Below, piece after piece: positions 24,801-35,984 of a stretch of DNA of 64,000 bases (within the stretch, counting starts at the first letter, position 1; each line of letters begins with the position of its first letter). The notes beneath the pieces are model-generated. The model was not told the DNA's origin. It did not search any database and was given only the letters and a program-made list of their open reading frames with translations. Source of the stretch: Eledone cirrhosa (taxonomy: Eukaryota); NCBI GenBank assembly GCA_964016885.1, contig OZ024744.1, positions 42,036,001 to 42,100,000 on the forward strand, read 5' to 3'. A program made the position numbers and the translations under genes.

Positions 24801-25488
24801 GACCCTCATAGAACTGGACATGAAAGGAATTTGCCCACTATACAGGAGCAAATCATGGAATAGCTTAGATAGGGCTAGACATAAGATAGGGAAGGCCACA
24901 TCATGGTACGACAACCAGAGATATCAGAGTGTCATGTTTGTGGACGCCACCCCTGGAGGGAAATTAGCTAACCAGTGTAGAAAGGCCCTGAGAAAGACCC
25001 ACTTAAAAATAAAGGTGGTAGAAAAGCCAGGAACCACCATAAAATCCCTGATCAGCAAAACCTACCCTTTTAAGAAAACCCACTGTACCAATAGGAAATG
25101 TATCATATGTAAGGTGAACCCCCGGATAAACTGTAAAACTAGAAACGTAGTCTATAGCATAAGATGTACAGAGGGTACTTGCAGAAACACGACAACAACA
25201 TACATAGGTGAGACAGCTCGTAGCATAGGTGAAAGGATAGACCAACACTGGGGGGAACTAAAAGGACGAAAAAACGGGTCAGTACTATACGAACATGCTA
25301 GACAACAACATGACGGTAACATAGACAACATAGAAATTAGAATAATATCTAAACATAGGAATGACCCAGCAGATAGGCAAATCAGAGAGGCCAGTGAAAT
25401 AGAAATTAGAAGACCAAAGCTAAACAGAAAGAATGAGTGGAACAACAACAACACCCAAACAAACAACACTGACCTAAGAGAAGTATAA
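21853..25488 (+). CDS. Intact PLE RT-GIY-YIG polyprotein, copy 6
   Basis: 1211-aa ORF with the same motifs. Confidence 0.93.
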   Translation: MTLPKYNNICFDTRFHIKNLAKLIHRRYGISLCQAERLLKDTVFCYIKTTITTEQIRFLKHCVSSKTYTTNISKQVNNLLLNKTQAERLKHTITVNMKRTTYTKVNAVYRQKRINGKEIRNLITANERDDFMSVIRRETKYAQNECCRHFKKKLEWMNKKKLQERKIEYSQKYPDNIDNIRMSDVKLPEEFTNDHTVNIYGNTLISEQEQQILKFPPKFAIYKKINPMECKTELEKCFTKIRWNAKVNNNNNNNGSSNINNNSGYRNNSHNHNNGRKVRNSDNSNNTSDRQNNNNHNNNNNRNVNHRHSNSDHSSNNGNNTNNNNNNNHSGNNGNSTCSNINKNKKHNNSNNHNGRNSSNNNNNNGEVNNNTSSNHNNNNINANDRNNNNHHDNNNSNTHNYDDRNNDNPLEKLFFNPADKTYKMGNIYPTRLPFNKRVCIPQQIDDETEAQFTIARNKIRQVVDRYTMRQSRPEAQQLGIKPVEGLVSLKQRTRDGEVVCLPTDKSGRMSIDSMPNYIEAMQPHITNTSEVAQLTHDGREKILNAHMMMWTDILKPSRRTANNFQASNNGIPPLYGLRKDHKTVDDPTTGPPTRPVCGANIASNYRISYFLSMVIRPIIKMSPDVCESTEDLLSRISECNKNRSLSNCIIGSMDVVSLYPSINIDFAVKRCVEMIIESEVEFCDVDTDELGLLLRLTYDTDYLDSHDLRCFCPSRPIRGRPPTITSMAKKTPIGRWIGWTKAIRTPQNTDQVRKMVAHAIGASIKTTLKGHIFKFNEKIYTQNEGAAIGVSIAGDVANLFMVWWERRLKDLLLNESSIDLIMYSRYVDDINIVIRTPPLESTNKFDLERSTMESIQQIANSIHQSITVTIDFPSKHPNNRLPVLDTELWINTIDERAQILHSHYAKPMASKYLILKNSAMSSSAKFNILIADLVRVMKNVSSMCDPTEMEGHIQHFINRMQFSGYNQRDRVRVYEGAMEKYKTLIELDMKGICPLYRSKSWNSLDRARHKIGKATSWYDNQRYQSVMFVDATPGGKLANQCRKALRKTHLKIKVVEKPGTTIKSLISKTYPFKKTHCTNRKCIICKVNPRINCKTRNVVYSIRCTEGTCRNTTTTYIGETARSIGERIDQHWGELKGRKNGSVLYEHARQQHDGNIDNIEIRIISKHRNDPADRQIREASEIEIRRPKLNRKNEWNNNNTQTNNTDLREV

Positions 25489-26000
25489 ATAAATAAGTAA
25501 ATTAAATTAAATAAATAAAATAAGATAAATAAATACATACACAAGCACATAAACACACACTAGTCACCCAGCAGACACAACACTATACACACTAGTCACA
25601 CTAGTCACACATAACACTATACACACACGCAAACGCATGCGCAAAGAAGACAAAATAAAATAAGATAAACAAACAAGCAAATAAATAAATAAATATATAG
25701 ACAGACTGAACAAAAAAAAAATGGCGTAGACATACAACACAACAGGAGGAACAATGAATATAACACCACTGACGATGTTGCAGATGTGCAACGAAAGATT
25801 TATGTAAATTATGTAAACTATATATATATGTGTTTGTCTATATTGTATCTGTATTATTTTTGACCGCCGGTCAGTCAATGGCAACATTGAGGACCGAGTA
25901 AGTTAGATCGCAGATATATATATATAAAAGACAGCGAGAAGCGAAAACCAACCAAACAGTGAGTGTGTTCTGTTATTAATTCTGGCAATATTACGCAAAT

Positions 26001-29000
26001 ATGACCCTCCCCAAATATAACAATATCTGTTTCGACACACGATTTCATATAAAAAACCTCGCAAAACTAATTCATCGCCGCTATGGCATTAGCTTGTGCC
26101 AAGCTGAAAGGTTATTGAAAGACACTGTTTTCTGTTATATAAAAACTACAATAACAACAGAACAAATCCGCTTCTTAAAACACTGTGTTTCCTCCAAAAC
26201 ATACACAACAAACATATCAAAACAAGTAAATAATTTATTATTGAACAAAACACAAGCTGAACGGCTAAAACACACAATAACAGTTAATATGAAAAGAACA
26301 ACATACACAAAAGTCAACGCACTCTACAGACAAAAACGCATCAACGGTAAGGAAATCCGAAATCTCATCACAGCAAACGAGAGAGATGACTTCATGAGCG
26401 TCATCCGACGCGAAACGAAATATGCTCAAAACGAATGCTGTAGGCATTTCAAGAAGAAATTAGAATGGATGAATAAGAAAAAACTACAAGAAAGGAAAAT
26501 CGAATATTCTCAAAAATACCCAGATAACATCGACAACATCCGTATGAGTGATGTAAAACTACCGGAAGAATTTACCAATGACCACACAGTAAATATCTAT
26601 GGGAACACTTTAATCAGTGAACAAGAACAACAAATCCTAAAGTTCCCACCAAAATTTGCCATCTACAAAAAGATTAACCCTATGGAATGCAAAACGGAGC
26701 TGGAAAAGTGTTTCACAAAAATACGTTGGAATGCAAAGGTAAACAACAACAACAATAATAACGGTAGTAGTAATATAAACAATAACTCTGGGTATAGAAA
26801 TAACAGCCATAACCATAACAATGGCAGGAAAGTGAGAAATAGTGATAATAGTAATAATACTAGCGATAGACAGAACAACAACAACCACAATAATAATAAT
26901 AATAGAAACGTTAACCACAGACACAGCAACAGTGACCACAGTAGTAATAACGGTAACAATACGAACAACAACAACAACAATAACCACAGTGGTAATAATG
27001 GAAATAGTACATGTAGCAACATCAACAAAAACAAGAAACATAATAATAGTAACAACCACAATGGTAGAAATAGCAGTAACAACAACAACAATAACGGTGA
27101 AGTAAACAACAATACATCTAGCAATCATAACAATAATAATATTAATGCTAATGATAGAAACAACAACAACCACCATGATAACAATAATAGCAACACACAC
27201 AACTATGACGATAGAAATAACGACAACCCCTTAGAGAAACTATTTTTCAACCCAGCTGACAAAACATATAAGATGGGTAATATCTATCCTACGAGGTTAC
27301 CCTTTAATAAAAGAGTTTGCATACCACAGCAAATAGATGACGAGACGGAGGCACAGTTCACCATAGCTAGAAATAAGATTAGACAAGTAGTAGACAGGTA
27401 CACTATGAGACAGAGCAGACCAGAGGCCCAACAACTTGGGATAAAACCTGTAGAAGGCTTGGTTAGCCTCAAGCAGCGCACAAGGGATGGTGAGGTAGTG
27501 TGTCTACCCACAGATAAGTCTGGTAGGATGTCAATAGATAGCATGCCGAACTACATCGAGGCAATGCAACCCCACATCACCAACACGAGCGAAGTTGCAC
27601 AACTAACACACGATGGGAGAGAAAAAATCCTCAACGCTCACATGATGATGTGGACTGACATCCTAAAGCCAAGCAGACGCACTGCCAACAACTTCCAGGC
27701 GTCTAACAATGGCATACCACCCTTGTATGGGCTCCGCAAAGACCACAAGACAGTCGACGACCCGACAACAGGACCACCAACAAGACCCGTATGCGGAGCT
27801 AATATAGCTAGCAACTACAGGATCTCCTACTTCCTCTCAATGGTTATACGCCCCATAATCAAGATGTCCCCAGATGTATGTGAAAGTACAGAGGACCTCC
27901 TCAGCAGAATCAGTGAGTGCAACAAAAACAGGAGCCTATCCAACTGCATAATAGGCAGCATGGATGTGGTGTCACTGTACCCATCCATTAACATTGATTT
28001 TGCTGTGAAAAGATGTGTGGAGATGATCATTGAGAGTGAGGTGGAGTTCTGCGACGTCGACACAGACGAACTGGGCCTCCTACTTAGACTTACCTACGAC
28101 ACTGACTACCTAGACAGCCATGACCTTAGATGTTTCTGCCCTAGTAGACCTATAAGAGGTAGACCCCCCACCATAACCTCAATGGCTAAAAAGACTCCCA
28201 TAGGAAGGTGGATTGGGTGGACCAAAGCTATACGGACCCCCCAAAACACTGATCAGGTAAGAAAAATGGTCGCACATGCAATAGGGGCTAGTATCAAAAC
28301 TACCCTAAAGGGCCACATATTTAAGTTCAATGAGAAAATCTACACCCAAAATGAGGGAGCAGCCATCGGCGTCAGCATAGCTGGTGATGTTGCCAACCTT
28401 TTCATGGTATGGTGGGAAAGGAGACTTAAAGATCTCCTCCTTAATGAAAGCTCCATAGACCTCATCATGTACTCTCGTTATGTAGACGATATCAATATAG
28501 TTATAAGAACACCCCCACTAGAGAGCACTAACAAGTTTGATTTAGAACGTAGCACGATGGAAAGCATCCAGCAGATAGCTAATTCCATACACCAGAGTAT
28601 AACTGTAACTATAGACTTCCCTTCCAAACACCCTAACAATAGACTACCTGTATTAGACACAGAACTCTGGATTAACACTATAGACGAGAGAGCCCAAATT
28701 CTCCACTCACACTATGCTAAACCCATGGCCTCCAAATACCTGATACTCAAAAACTCAGCAATGTCCAGTAGTGCTAAGTTTAATATTCTGATCGCAGATT
28801 TGGTACGAGTGATGAAGAATGTGTCCAGCATGTGCGACCCAACAGAAATGGAAGGACACATCCAACACTTCATCAACCGCATGCAGTTCTCTGGCTACAA
28901 CCAAAGAGACAGAGTCAGAGTATACGAAGGAGCCATGGAAAAGTATAAGACCCTCATAGAACTGGACATGAAAGGAATTTGCCCACTATACAGGAGCAAA

Positions 29001-29636
29001 TCATGGAATAGCTTAGATAGGGCTAGACATAAGATAGGGAAGGCCACATCATGGTACGACAACCAGAGATATCAGAGTGTCATGTTTGTGGACGCCACCC
29101 CTGGAGGGAAATTAGCTAACCAGTGTAGAAAGGCCCTGAGAAAGACCCACTTAAAAATAAAGGTGGTAGAAAAGCCAGGAACCACCATAAAATCCCTGAT
29201 CAGCAAAACCTACCCTTTTAAGAAAACCCACTGTACCAATAGGAAATGTATCATATGTAAGGTGAACCCCCGGATAAACTGTAAAACTAGAAACGTAGTC
29301 TATAGCATAAGATGTACAGAGGGTACTTGCAGAAACACGACAACAACATACATAGGTGAGACAGCTCGTAGCATAGGTGAAAGGATAGACCAACACTGGG
29401 GGGAACTAAAAGGACGAAAAGACGGGTCAGTACTATACGAACATGCTAGACAACAACATGACGGTAACATAGACAACATAGAAATTAGAATATTATCTAA
29501 ACATAGGAATGACCCAGCAGATAGGCAAATCAGAGAGGCCAGTGAAATAGAAATTAGAAGACCAAAGCTAAACAGAAAGAATGAGTGGAACAACAACAAC
29601 ACCCAAACAAACAACACTGACCTAAGAGAAGTATAA
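26001..29636 (+). CDS. Intact PLE RT-GIY-YIG polyprotein, copy 7
   Basis: 1211-aa ORF with the same motifs. Confidence 0.93.
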   Translation: MTLPKYNNICFDTRFHIKNLAKLIHRRYGISLCQAERLLKDTVFCYIKTTITTEQIRFLKHCVSSKTYTTNISKQVNNLLLNKTQAERLKHTITVNMKRTTYTKVNALYRQKRINGKEIRNLITANERDDFMSVIRRETKYAQNECCRHFKKKLEWMNKKKLQERKIEYSQKYPDNIDNIRMSDVKLPEEFTNDHTVNIYGNTLISEQEQQILKFPPKFAIYKKINPMECKTELEKCFTKIRWNAKVNNNNNNNGSSNINNNSGYRNNSHNHNNGRKVRNSDNSNNTSDRQNNNNHNNNNNRNVNHRHSNSDHSSNNGNNTNNNNNNNHSGNNGNSTCSNINKNKKHNNSNNHNGRNSSNNNNNNGEVNNNTSSNHNNNNINANDRNNNNHHDNNNSNTHNYDDRNNDNPLEKLFFNPADKTYKMGNIYPTRLPFNKRVCIPQQIDDETEAQFTIARNKIRQVVDRYTMRQSRPEAQQLGIKPVEGLVSLKQRTRDGEVVCLPTDKSGRMSIDSMPNYIEAMQPHITNTSEVAQLTHDGREKILNAHMMMWTDILKPSRRTANNFQASNNGIPPLYGLRKDHKTVDDPTTGPPTRPVCGANIASNYRISYFLSMVIRPIIKMSPDVCESTEDLLSRISECNKNRSLSNCIIGSMDVVSLYPSINIDFAVKRCVEMIIESEVEFCDVDTDELGLLLRLTYDTDYLDSHDLRCFCPSRPIRGRPPTITSMAKKTPIGRWIGWTKAIRTPQNTDQVRKMVAHAIGASIKTTLKGHIFKFNEKIYTQNEGAAIGVSIAGDVANLFMVWWERRLKDLLLNESSIDLIMYSRYVDDINIVIRTPPLESTNKFDLERSTMESIQQIANSIHQSITVTIDFPSKHPNNRLPVLDTELWINTIDERAQILHSHYAKPMASKYLILKNSAMSSSAKFNILIADLVRVMKNVSSMCDPTEMEGHIQHFINRMQFSGYNQRDRVRVYEGAMEKYKTLIELDMKGICPLYRSKSWNSLDRARHKIGKATSWYDNQRYQSVMFVDATPGGKLANQCRKALRKTHLKIKVVEKPGTTIKSLISKTYPFKKTHCTNRKCIICKVNPRINCKTRNVVYSIRCTEGTCRNTTTTYIGETARSIGERIDQHWGELKGRKDGSVLYEHARQQHDGNIDNIEIRILSKHRNDPADRQIREASEIEIRRPKLNRKNEWNNNNTQTNNTDLREV

Positions 29637-30226
29637 ATAAATAAGTAAATTAAATTAAATAAATAAAATAAGATAAATAAATACATACACAAGCACATAA
29701 ACACACACTAGTCACCCAGCAGACACAACACTATACACACTAGTCACACATCACACATAACACTATACACACACGCAAACGCATGCGCAAAGAAGACAAA
29801 ATAAAATAAGATAAACAAACAAGCAAATAAATAAATAAATATATAGACAGACTGAACAAAAAAAAAATGGCGTAGACATACAACACAACAGGAGGAACAA
29901 TGAATATAACACCACTGACGATGTTGCAGATGTGCAACGAAAGATTTATGTAAATTATGTAAACTATATATATATGTGTTTGTCTATATTGTATCTGTAT
30001 TATTTTTGACCGCCGGTCAGTCAATGGCAACATTGAGGACCGAGTAAGTTAGATCGCAGATATATATATATAAAAGACAGCGAGAAGCGAAAACCAACCA
30101 AACAGTGAGTGTGTTCTGTTATTAATTCTGGCAATATTACGCAAATATGACCCTCCCCAAATATAACAATATCTGTTTCGACACACGATTTCATATAAAA
30201 AACCTCGCAAAACTAATTCATCGCCG

Positions 30227-30230
<4 letters not shown>

Positions 30231-30317
<87 letters not shown>

Positions 30318-30350
30318 TATACATATATACATATATACACGTATGCACAT

Positions 30351-30410
<60 letters not shown>

Positions 30411-30596
30411 CTCCTAATAACTTATTTTAGTTATTATCGCTCCAACGTGAGGTATATGATTCTTAATGCGATGAAATACCCATGATCGTTTGGTAAATCA
30501 CTGATGAGGGACTCATTTTATAACATGTTATCCATGTGCAACCACCAGTTTTCTTCTCACCCATATTTTCATATATATATATACATATATATATAT

Positions 30597-30691
<95 letters not shown>

Positions 30692-30915
30692 TCATTTAAA
30701 TTATTGATTTATTGATATTTTATTTGAGTGACCCGAATCCTCCTGGTCGTTCTTTTTCGGCTGCGCGGGTGATTTTAGGCATAATCTTTATGTGTTGGTA
30801 ATTTAACGATAGTTATAGCTCTGATTTACCCAAATTATTGAGCCCTCTGCCACTCATATCGGATTTGTTTATCGTTAATTCGTGAGCTGATTTTCCGATA
30901 CTCGATTATTCTATT

Positions 30916-30996
<81 letters not shown>

Positions 30997-31300
30997 AATA
31001 TATACACATACACAGACATACACACATACATACATACATATACACATACATATATATATATAAATATATATATACATACATACACACATACACACATACA
31101 TATATATACACATATACACACAAATATACACATACACATACATATAAATACATACATATACACACATACACACACACATACTTATATATATATATATATA
31201 TATTACACACACACATATACACACACATACACACATATATACATATATATACACACATATATATACACAAACATACACATACATACATATATGCATAAAA

Positions 31301-31331
<31 letters not shown>

Positions 31332-31546
31332 CATATACATAACGAAGGAAATGTGGTAAGGAACCAGGTGGACCATAACGCACCAAAGTACTCAATACTT
31401 AGGGTAGTAGAGTGGGTAATAGGAACGAGTAGGACCCCGACGGCTGAGCTCAAGCCGTATCGACGGCTAATTCTGGACTGAATTAGCCGTCCAGAATTAG
31501 CCGTCGAAACGGCTTGAGCTCAGCCGTCGGGGTCCTACTCGTTCCT

Positions 31547-31584
<38 letters not shown>

Positions 31585-31772
31585 ATACATACACAGATAT
31601 GTACATATATACATACATACACATACATTCATATACACATACACATATACATATATACACATATACATATATATACATATATATACGTATGTATATATGT
31701 GTATGTGTGTGTATGTATGTATATATATATATATGTGTGTGTATATGTGTATATATATATGTATATATATAT

Positions 31773-31837
<65 letters not shown>

Positions 31838-32018
31838 TATATATATATATATACATACATACACACACATACACACATATATATATATACACACATACAC
31901 CCATATATACACATACATACATATATATATATATATATACACACACATATATATATACATATATATATATATATACATATATATATACACATATACATAC
32001 ATATATATATACATATAT

Positions 32019-32067
<49 letters not shown>

Positions 32068-32115
32068 TATACATATACACACATACATACATATACACAC
32101 ACATAAACGCATATA
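30231..32115. repeat. Compound (TA)n/(CA)n microsatellite with short PLE-derived inserts
   Basis: Direct reading of the dinucleotide runs. Confidence 0.95.
31340..31548. mobile_element. Short inverted PLE end containing two partial hammerheads
   Basis: 60-bp inverted arms at 31419-31478 and 31489-31548. Stem II, GAAA, CGGCT/AGCCG and the GUC site are present; CUGANGA is absent. Flanked by TA/CA repeats. Confidence 0.6.
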
Positions 32116-33449
32116 TATATATACAAATAAGTACTCATAAATATACGCATATACACAGGCACATAAAAACAGCTCTACAGGCAGAAAATGCAGATAGGTA
32201 AGAGGTACTCACATAACCATAGTGGTCGTATTTCAGGTTGAGGAAGGGTATGTGGGGTGGGAAGGAGGTAGAGGGGCTAAAAGGGGGAAGTCGTTTTTAA
32301 CCATCGGGCATTAACACTGGCTTAAAATATTTGAAAGTTGCAAAGTTCTTGTGCATGCAGATCGGGCAGTGTTCAGAGATTTTTTTCAGTAGCGCGTCCT
32401 TGGCGAATAAAATTTCATAGCTCTCTGAGATACAAAGTTCGCAGCCCTTGTGTCCTCCGTCGTAAGAGCGCGTTTTCTGGAGTATTTTCCATTTAAGCGT
32501 GCAGTGGGTGAAGTTTGTTTTGAGGTTCAAAACATAGGAGGCGAGTGTTGTCTGGTTTGATTTGTCCGGTCTTCTGAAGGAGTGGGTATGGGCATACCAA
32601 CGGGTCTTAAAGTTATTGGAAGTCATGCCGATGTAAGTCTTTTTGTTATTGCAATCATCGGTGCCTGAGATGACTTCTCATTTGTATACGATATCATTTG
32701 TCAGGCATTTGTTTTCAATTGGGCAGGCTTCCTTATTTAGGCAATTACACAAGGCCCCAGTCCGAGGATTGGGTTCGGAGGTGGTTGGCTTAAGTTTCTC
32801 CGAAACCCATCGGTGGTTCTGGGGTTAATTGCCTAAATAAAGAAGCCTGCCCACTTGAAAACAAATGCCTGACAAATGATATCGTATACAAATGCGATGT
32901 TATCTCGGGCACCGATGATTGCAATAACAAAATGACTTACATCGGCATGACTTCCAATAATTTTAAGACCCGTTGGTATGCCTATACCCACTCCTTCAGA
33001 AGACCGGACAAATCAAACCAGACAACACTCGCCTCCTATGTTTTGAACCTCAAAACAAACTTCACCCACTGCACGCTTAAATGGAAAATACTCCAGAAAA
33101 CGCGCTCTTACGACGGAGGACACAAGGGCTGCGAACTTTGTATCTCAGAGAGCTATGAAATTTTATTCGCCAAGGACGCGCTACTGAAAAAAATCTCTGA
33201 ACACTGCCCGATCTGCATGCACAAGAACTTTGCAACTTTCAAATATTTTAAGCCAGTGTTAATGCCCGATGGTTAAAAACGACTTCCCCCTTTTAGCCCC
33301 TCTACCTCCTTCCCACCCCACATACCCTTCCTCAACCTGAAATACGACCACTATGGTTATGTGAGTACCTCTTACCTATCTGCATTTTCTGCCTGTAGAG
33401 CTGTTTTTATGTGCCTGTGTATATGCGTGTATTTATGAGTACTTATTTG

Positions 33450-33455
<6 letters not shown>
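32115..33455. mobile_element. 5'-truncated Hydra-type PLE with inverted duplication (two head-to-head GIY-YIG 3' ends)
   Basis: ORFs 32297..32626(-) and 32932..33276(+) are near-identical: CNC-x5-CP, YIG, LKW, CELC-E, CMHK. About 630-bp inverted arms. Confidence 0.88.
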
Positions 33456-33512
<57 letters not shown>

Positions 33513-33515
<3 letters not shown>

Positions 33516-35984
33516 AAAGTTTTATTTAAAATTGTTGGGTTACAACAAGTAAATATTTTATAACTGTTGCTAAACTATTCTTTAATGCTCTTGACAAACG
33601 CTTCCCTAGAACACATAAATATCACTCAATTTTTAATAGACATACTATAAAATTAACTTACTCGTCCACCAAAAATTTAGCACAAAATATTAACAGAATT
33701 AATAATAGGAATTTAAAACCTAACCAAAATACCAATAATAACCCAAACAATATTCAATTAAATAACTGTAACTGTAAAAGTAAATCTAAATGTCCGTTAA
33801 ATAACAATTGCTTAGTTAAAAATGTAGTATACAATTGTAATGTTAAAACTAACTTAAATTCTTTCAACTATGTTGGTTCAACCTCGACAGAATTTAAACT
33901 TCGCTTCAATAATCATAAGAATTCTTTCACAGATCCAAACAAAAAATCCTCAACTTCGCTATCAAGCTTACTCTGGCAACTTAAACGAGATAATGTTGAG
34001 TATTCGATGTTTTGGAATATTGTCTCAAAAGGGATTCCTTTTAATTCCTCATCAGAGACATGTGATCTCTGTGTGGAGGAGGTATTCTTTATATTAAAGT
34101 CCAAACATTCCCTTAATTTAAGGAGCAATTTATTCAGTTGCTGCAGACATAGATTGAACTCAACGTTTAAATATAAATATAAATTTAAAATGTATAATTA
34201 ATTAAGAAATTTAGTTAATATATGAAACCTGACGATAAATCATTTGATTCCTTCACCTTTTTCTTTTTAAACCTTCTTCCTAAATATAAACAAAGATGTA
34301 ATTAAACTACTCTAAAATGTATATGCTCCCAATGTATTAAATAAATTTTACGCAAGATAAATTTCTATACTAAATATAAGGCCATCCGTAGAATCACTGG
34401 GTCTTCTAAATCTTTTAAATAATTTTTGTTAAATAATTTTTGTTTTTTATTTGTTTTTTTACTCTGATAGCTTCTAACTAACTTTGCAATATATTGTTTG
34501 AAATATAGGAAGGATAGATTTCTGTAGTAATATTGAAGCACATTGTTTTTGGCCTGAAATACTCTATAGTGTGTTGAAAGTATTTTAATGTTTTGATGTT
34601 TCTGTGCTGATATATAGATATTTGATTATCTCTATACAAAGGCCATATGTGTATTAACATGCATATAGAAGGTTTATAGAGTTTATTTTATGTGTTCATG
34701 TCTCTATATATGTGCGTAAAGATGCTGGAAAACTCACGCAGATATTTTACATATACATATATATATATATAGGTATGGTTCTGTATATGTTACAGATATG
34801 CATAATATTAAATACATGAACGGTAATCATATATGTGTGGACATGAATATTAATCGTATATTTATGTATATATATTAGTGAAAATGTTATAACACAAGAA
34901 ATTTTTTTATGACACAAGAAATTATAGAGTTGATCAGGTGAAGTCATGTGTATGTCTATATTATTGACTAGAGTTAGACATAATTTTCTCTTTTTTTCTT
35001 TTTTCAGAAAATACATATACATGTATATATATATACATATATATTTCCGTATTTTTATAAATAGGGTAATTTTTTGAAGGTTTTATCTCAGATTTTGGTA
35101 TATTGACCTCAGAGTTTTAAACTAAACATATGGTCATTATTGAACAATGTTATTTTCTCATATTATATATCTATGTCTCATTCATGAATATTGATATTTG
35201 CATTCTTATTATCCATTTCATATGAATTGATAATTCAAATTGATATGACTTGACGTAAAGATGTAACTCTATCCTTCTCTCACTATATAGCACTTTCTCC
35301 TCTCTCTTGAGTTTATCTTTATGTATGATGAATTATTATGTATTTGTCGCTTTCGTTTGCCTCTCTTATTTCTCTCTTGTTTCTTTTTCACTTCCTCCTA
35401 TCTATTTATACTTTCTCTCTCTTTCTTTTCCTCCCCCTCTCTCTCTCCGTTTTTTCTTTATCTACGTTTTTTATTTCTCTGCATCTTTTTTCTAACTGTG
35501 CTTAACACTATAAATACATAATTATTATCCTTCTCTCTATATATAGTACTCCCTCTCTCTTGAGTTTCTCTATATGTATGGTGAAATATTATTTATCTGT
35601 TACTTTCGTTTGCCTCTCTTATTTCTTTCTTGTTTCTTTTTCACCTCCTCCTATCTATTTATATATTTTTTCTCTCTCTCCTTTTCTTTCTCTCCCCTCT
35701 CTCTCTCTCTCTGTTTTTTCTTTACCTCCGTTTCTTCTTTCTCTCCGTCTTTTTTCTAACTGTGCTTAACACTATAACTAAATAATTATAAACACATCAA
35801 TATCCAGACAGCTTCCTAATATAACGGTCGCTTATAATATGGTACGTCAAAATTATTTATAAAACTGTTTATATATTGTATTTTATCTGACGAAGGCATG
35901 CCATATTTTTAATATGGTATCCCTGAAATATGTATAATGAAATAAATATGGTCTTATAAATATAGTTTCCATTTGTTTAATATC

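Larger units (their letters stand above)
1..30230 (+). repeat. Head-to-tail tandem array of a ~4146-4152 bp Penelope-like retroelement (Naiad-type); 7 full units plus partial units, open at the left edge
   Basis: ORF starts recur at 1109, 5261, 9411, 13557, 17705, 21853, 26001 and 30147 (spacing 4152, 4150, 4146, 4148, 4148, 4148, 4146). Units are near-identical, with no spacer or target sequence between them. Confidence 0.97.

Noticed and set aside
1-30230. Bacterial retron, group II intron, DGR or CRISPR-associated RT system
   Set aside because: The RT is fused to a CCHH GIY-YIG typical of PLEs, the context is eukaryotic (SINEs, LINEs, spliceosomal introns), and there is no repeat-spacer array.
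30470-30540. CTGATGAG near GAAA as a hammerhead
   Set aside because: No downstream stem II-GAAA, and the upstream GAAA-TACC..GGTA lacks the UH site and stem I.
30049-32201. Many YI/CV/HT-repeat ORFs (also at 35883-37317, 45712-46037 and 47931-48178)
   Set aside because: Translations of (TA)n/(CA)n microsatellites.
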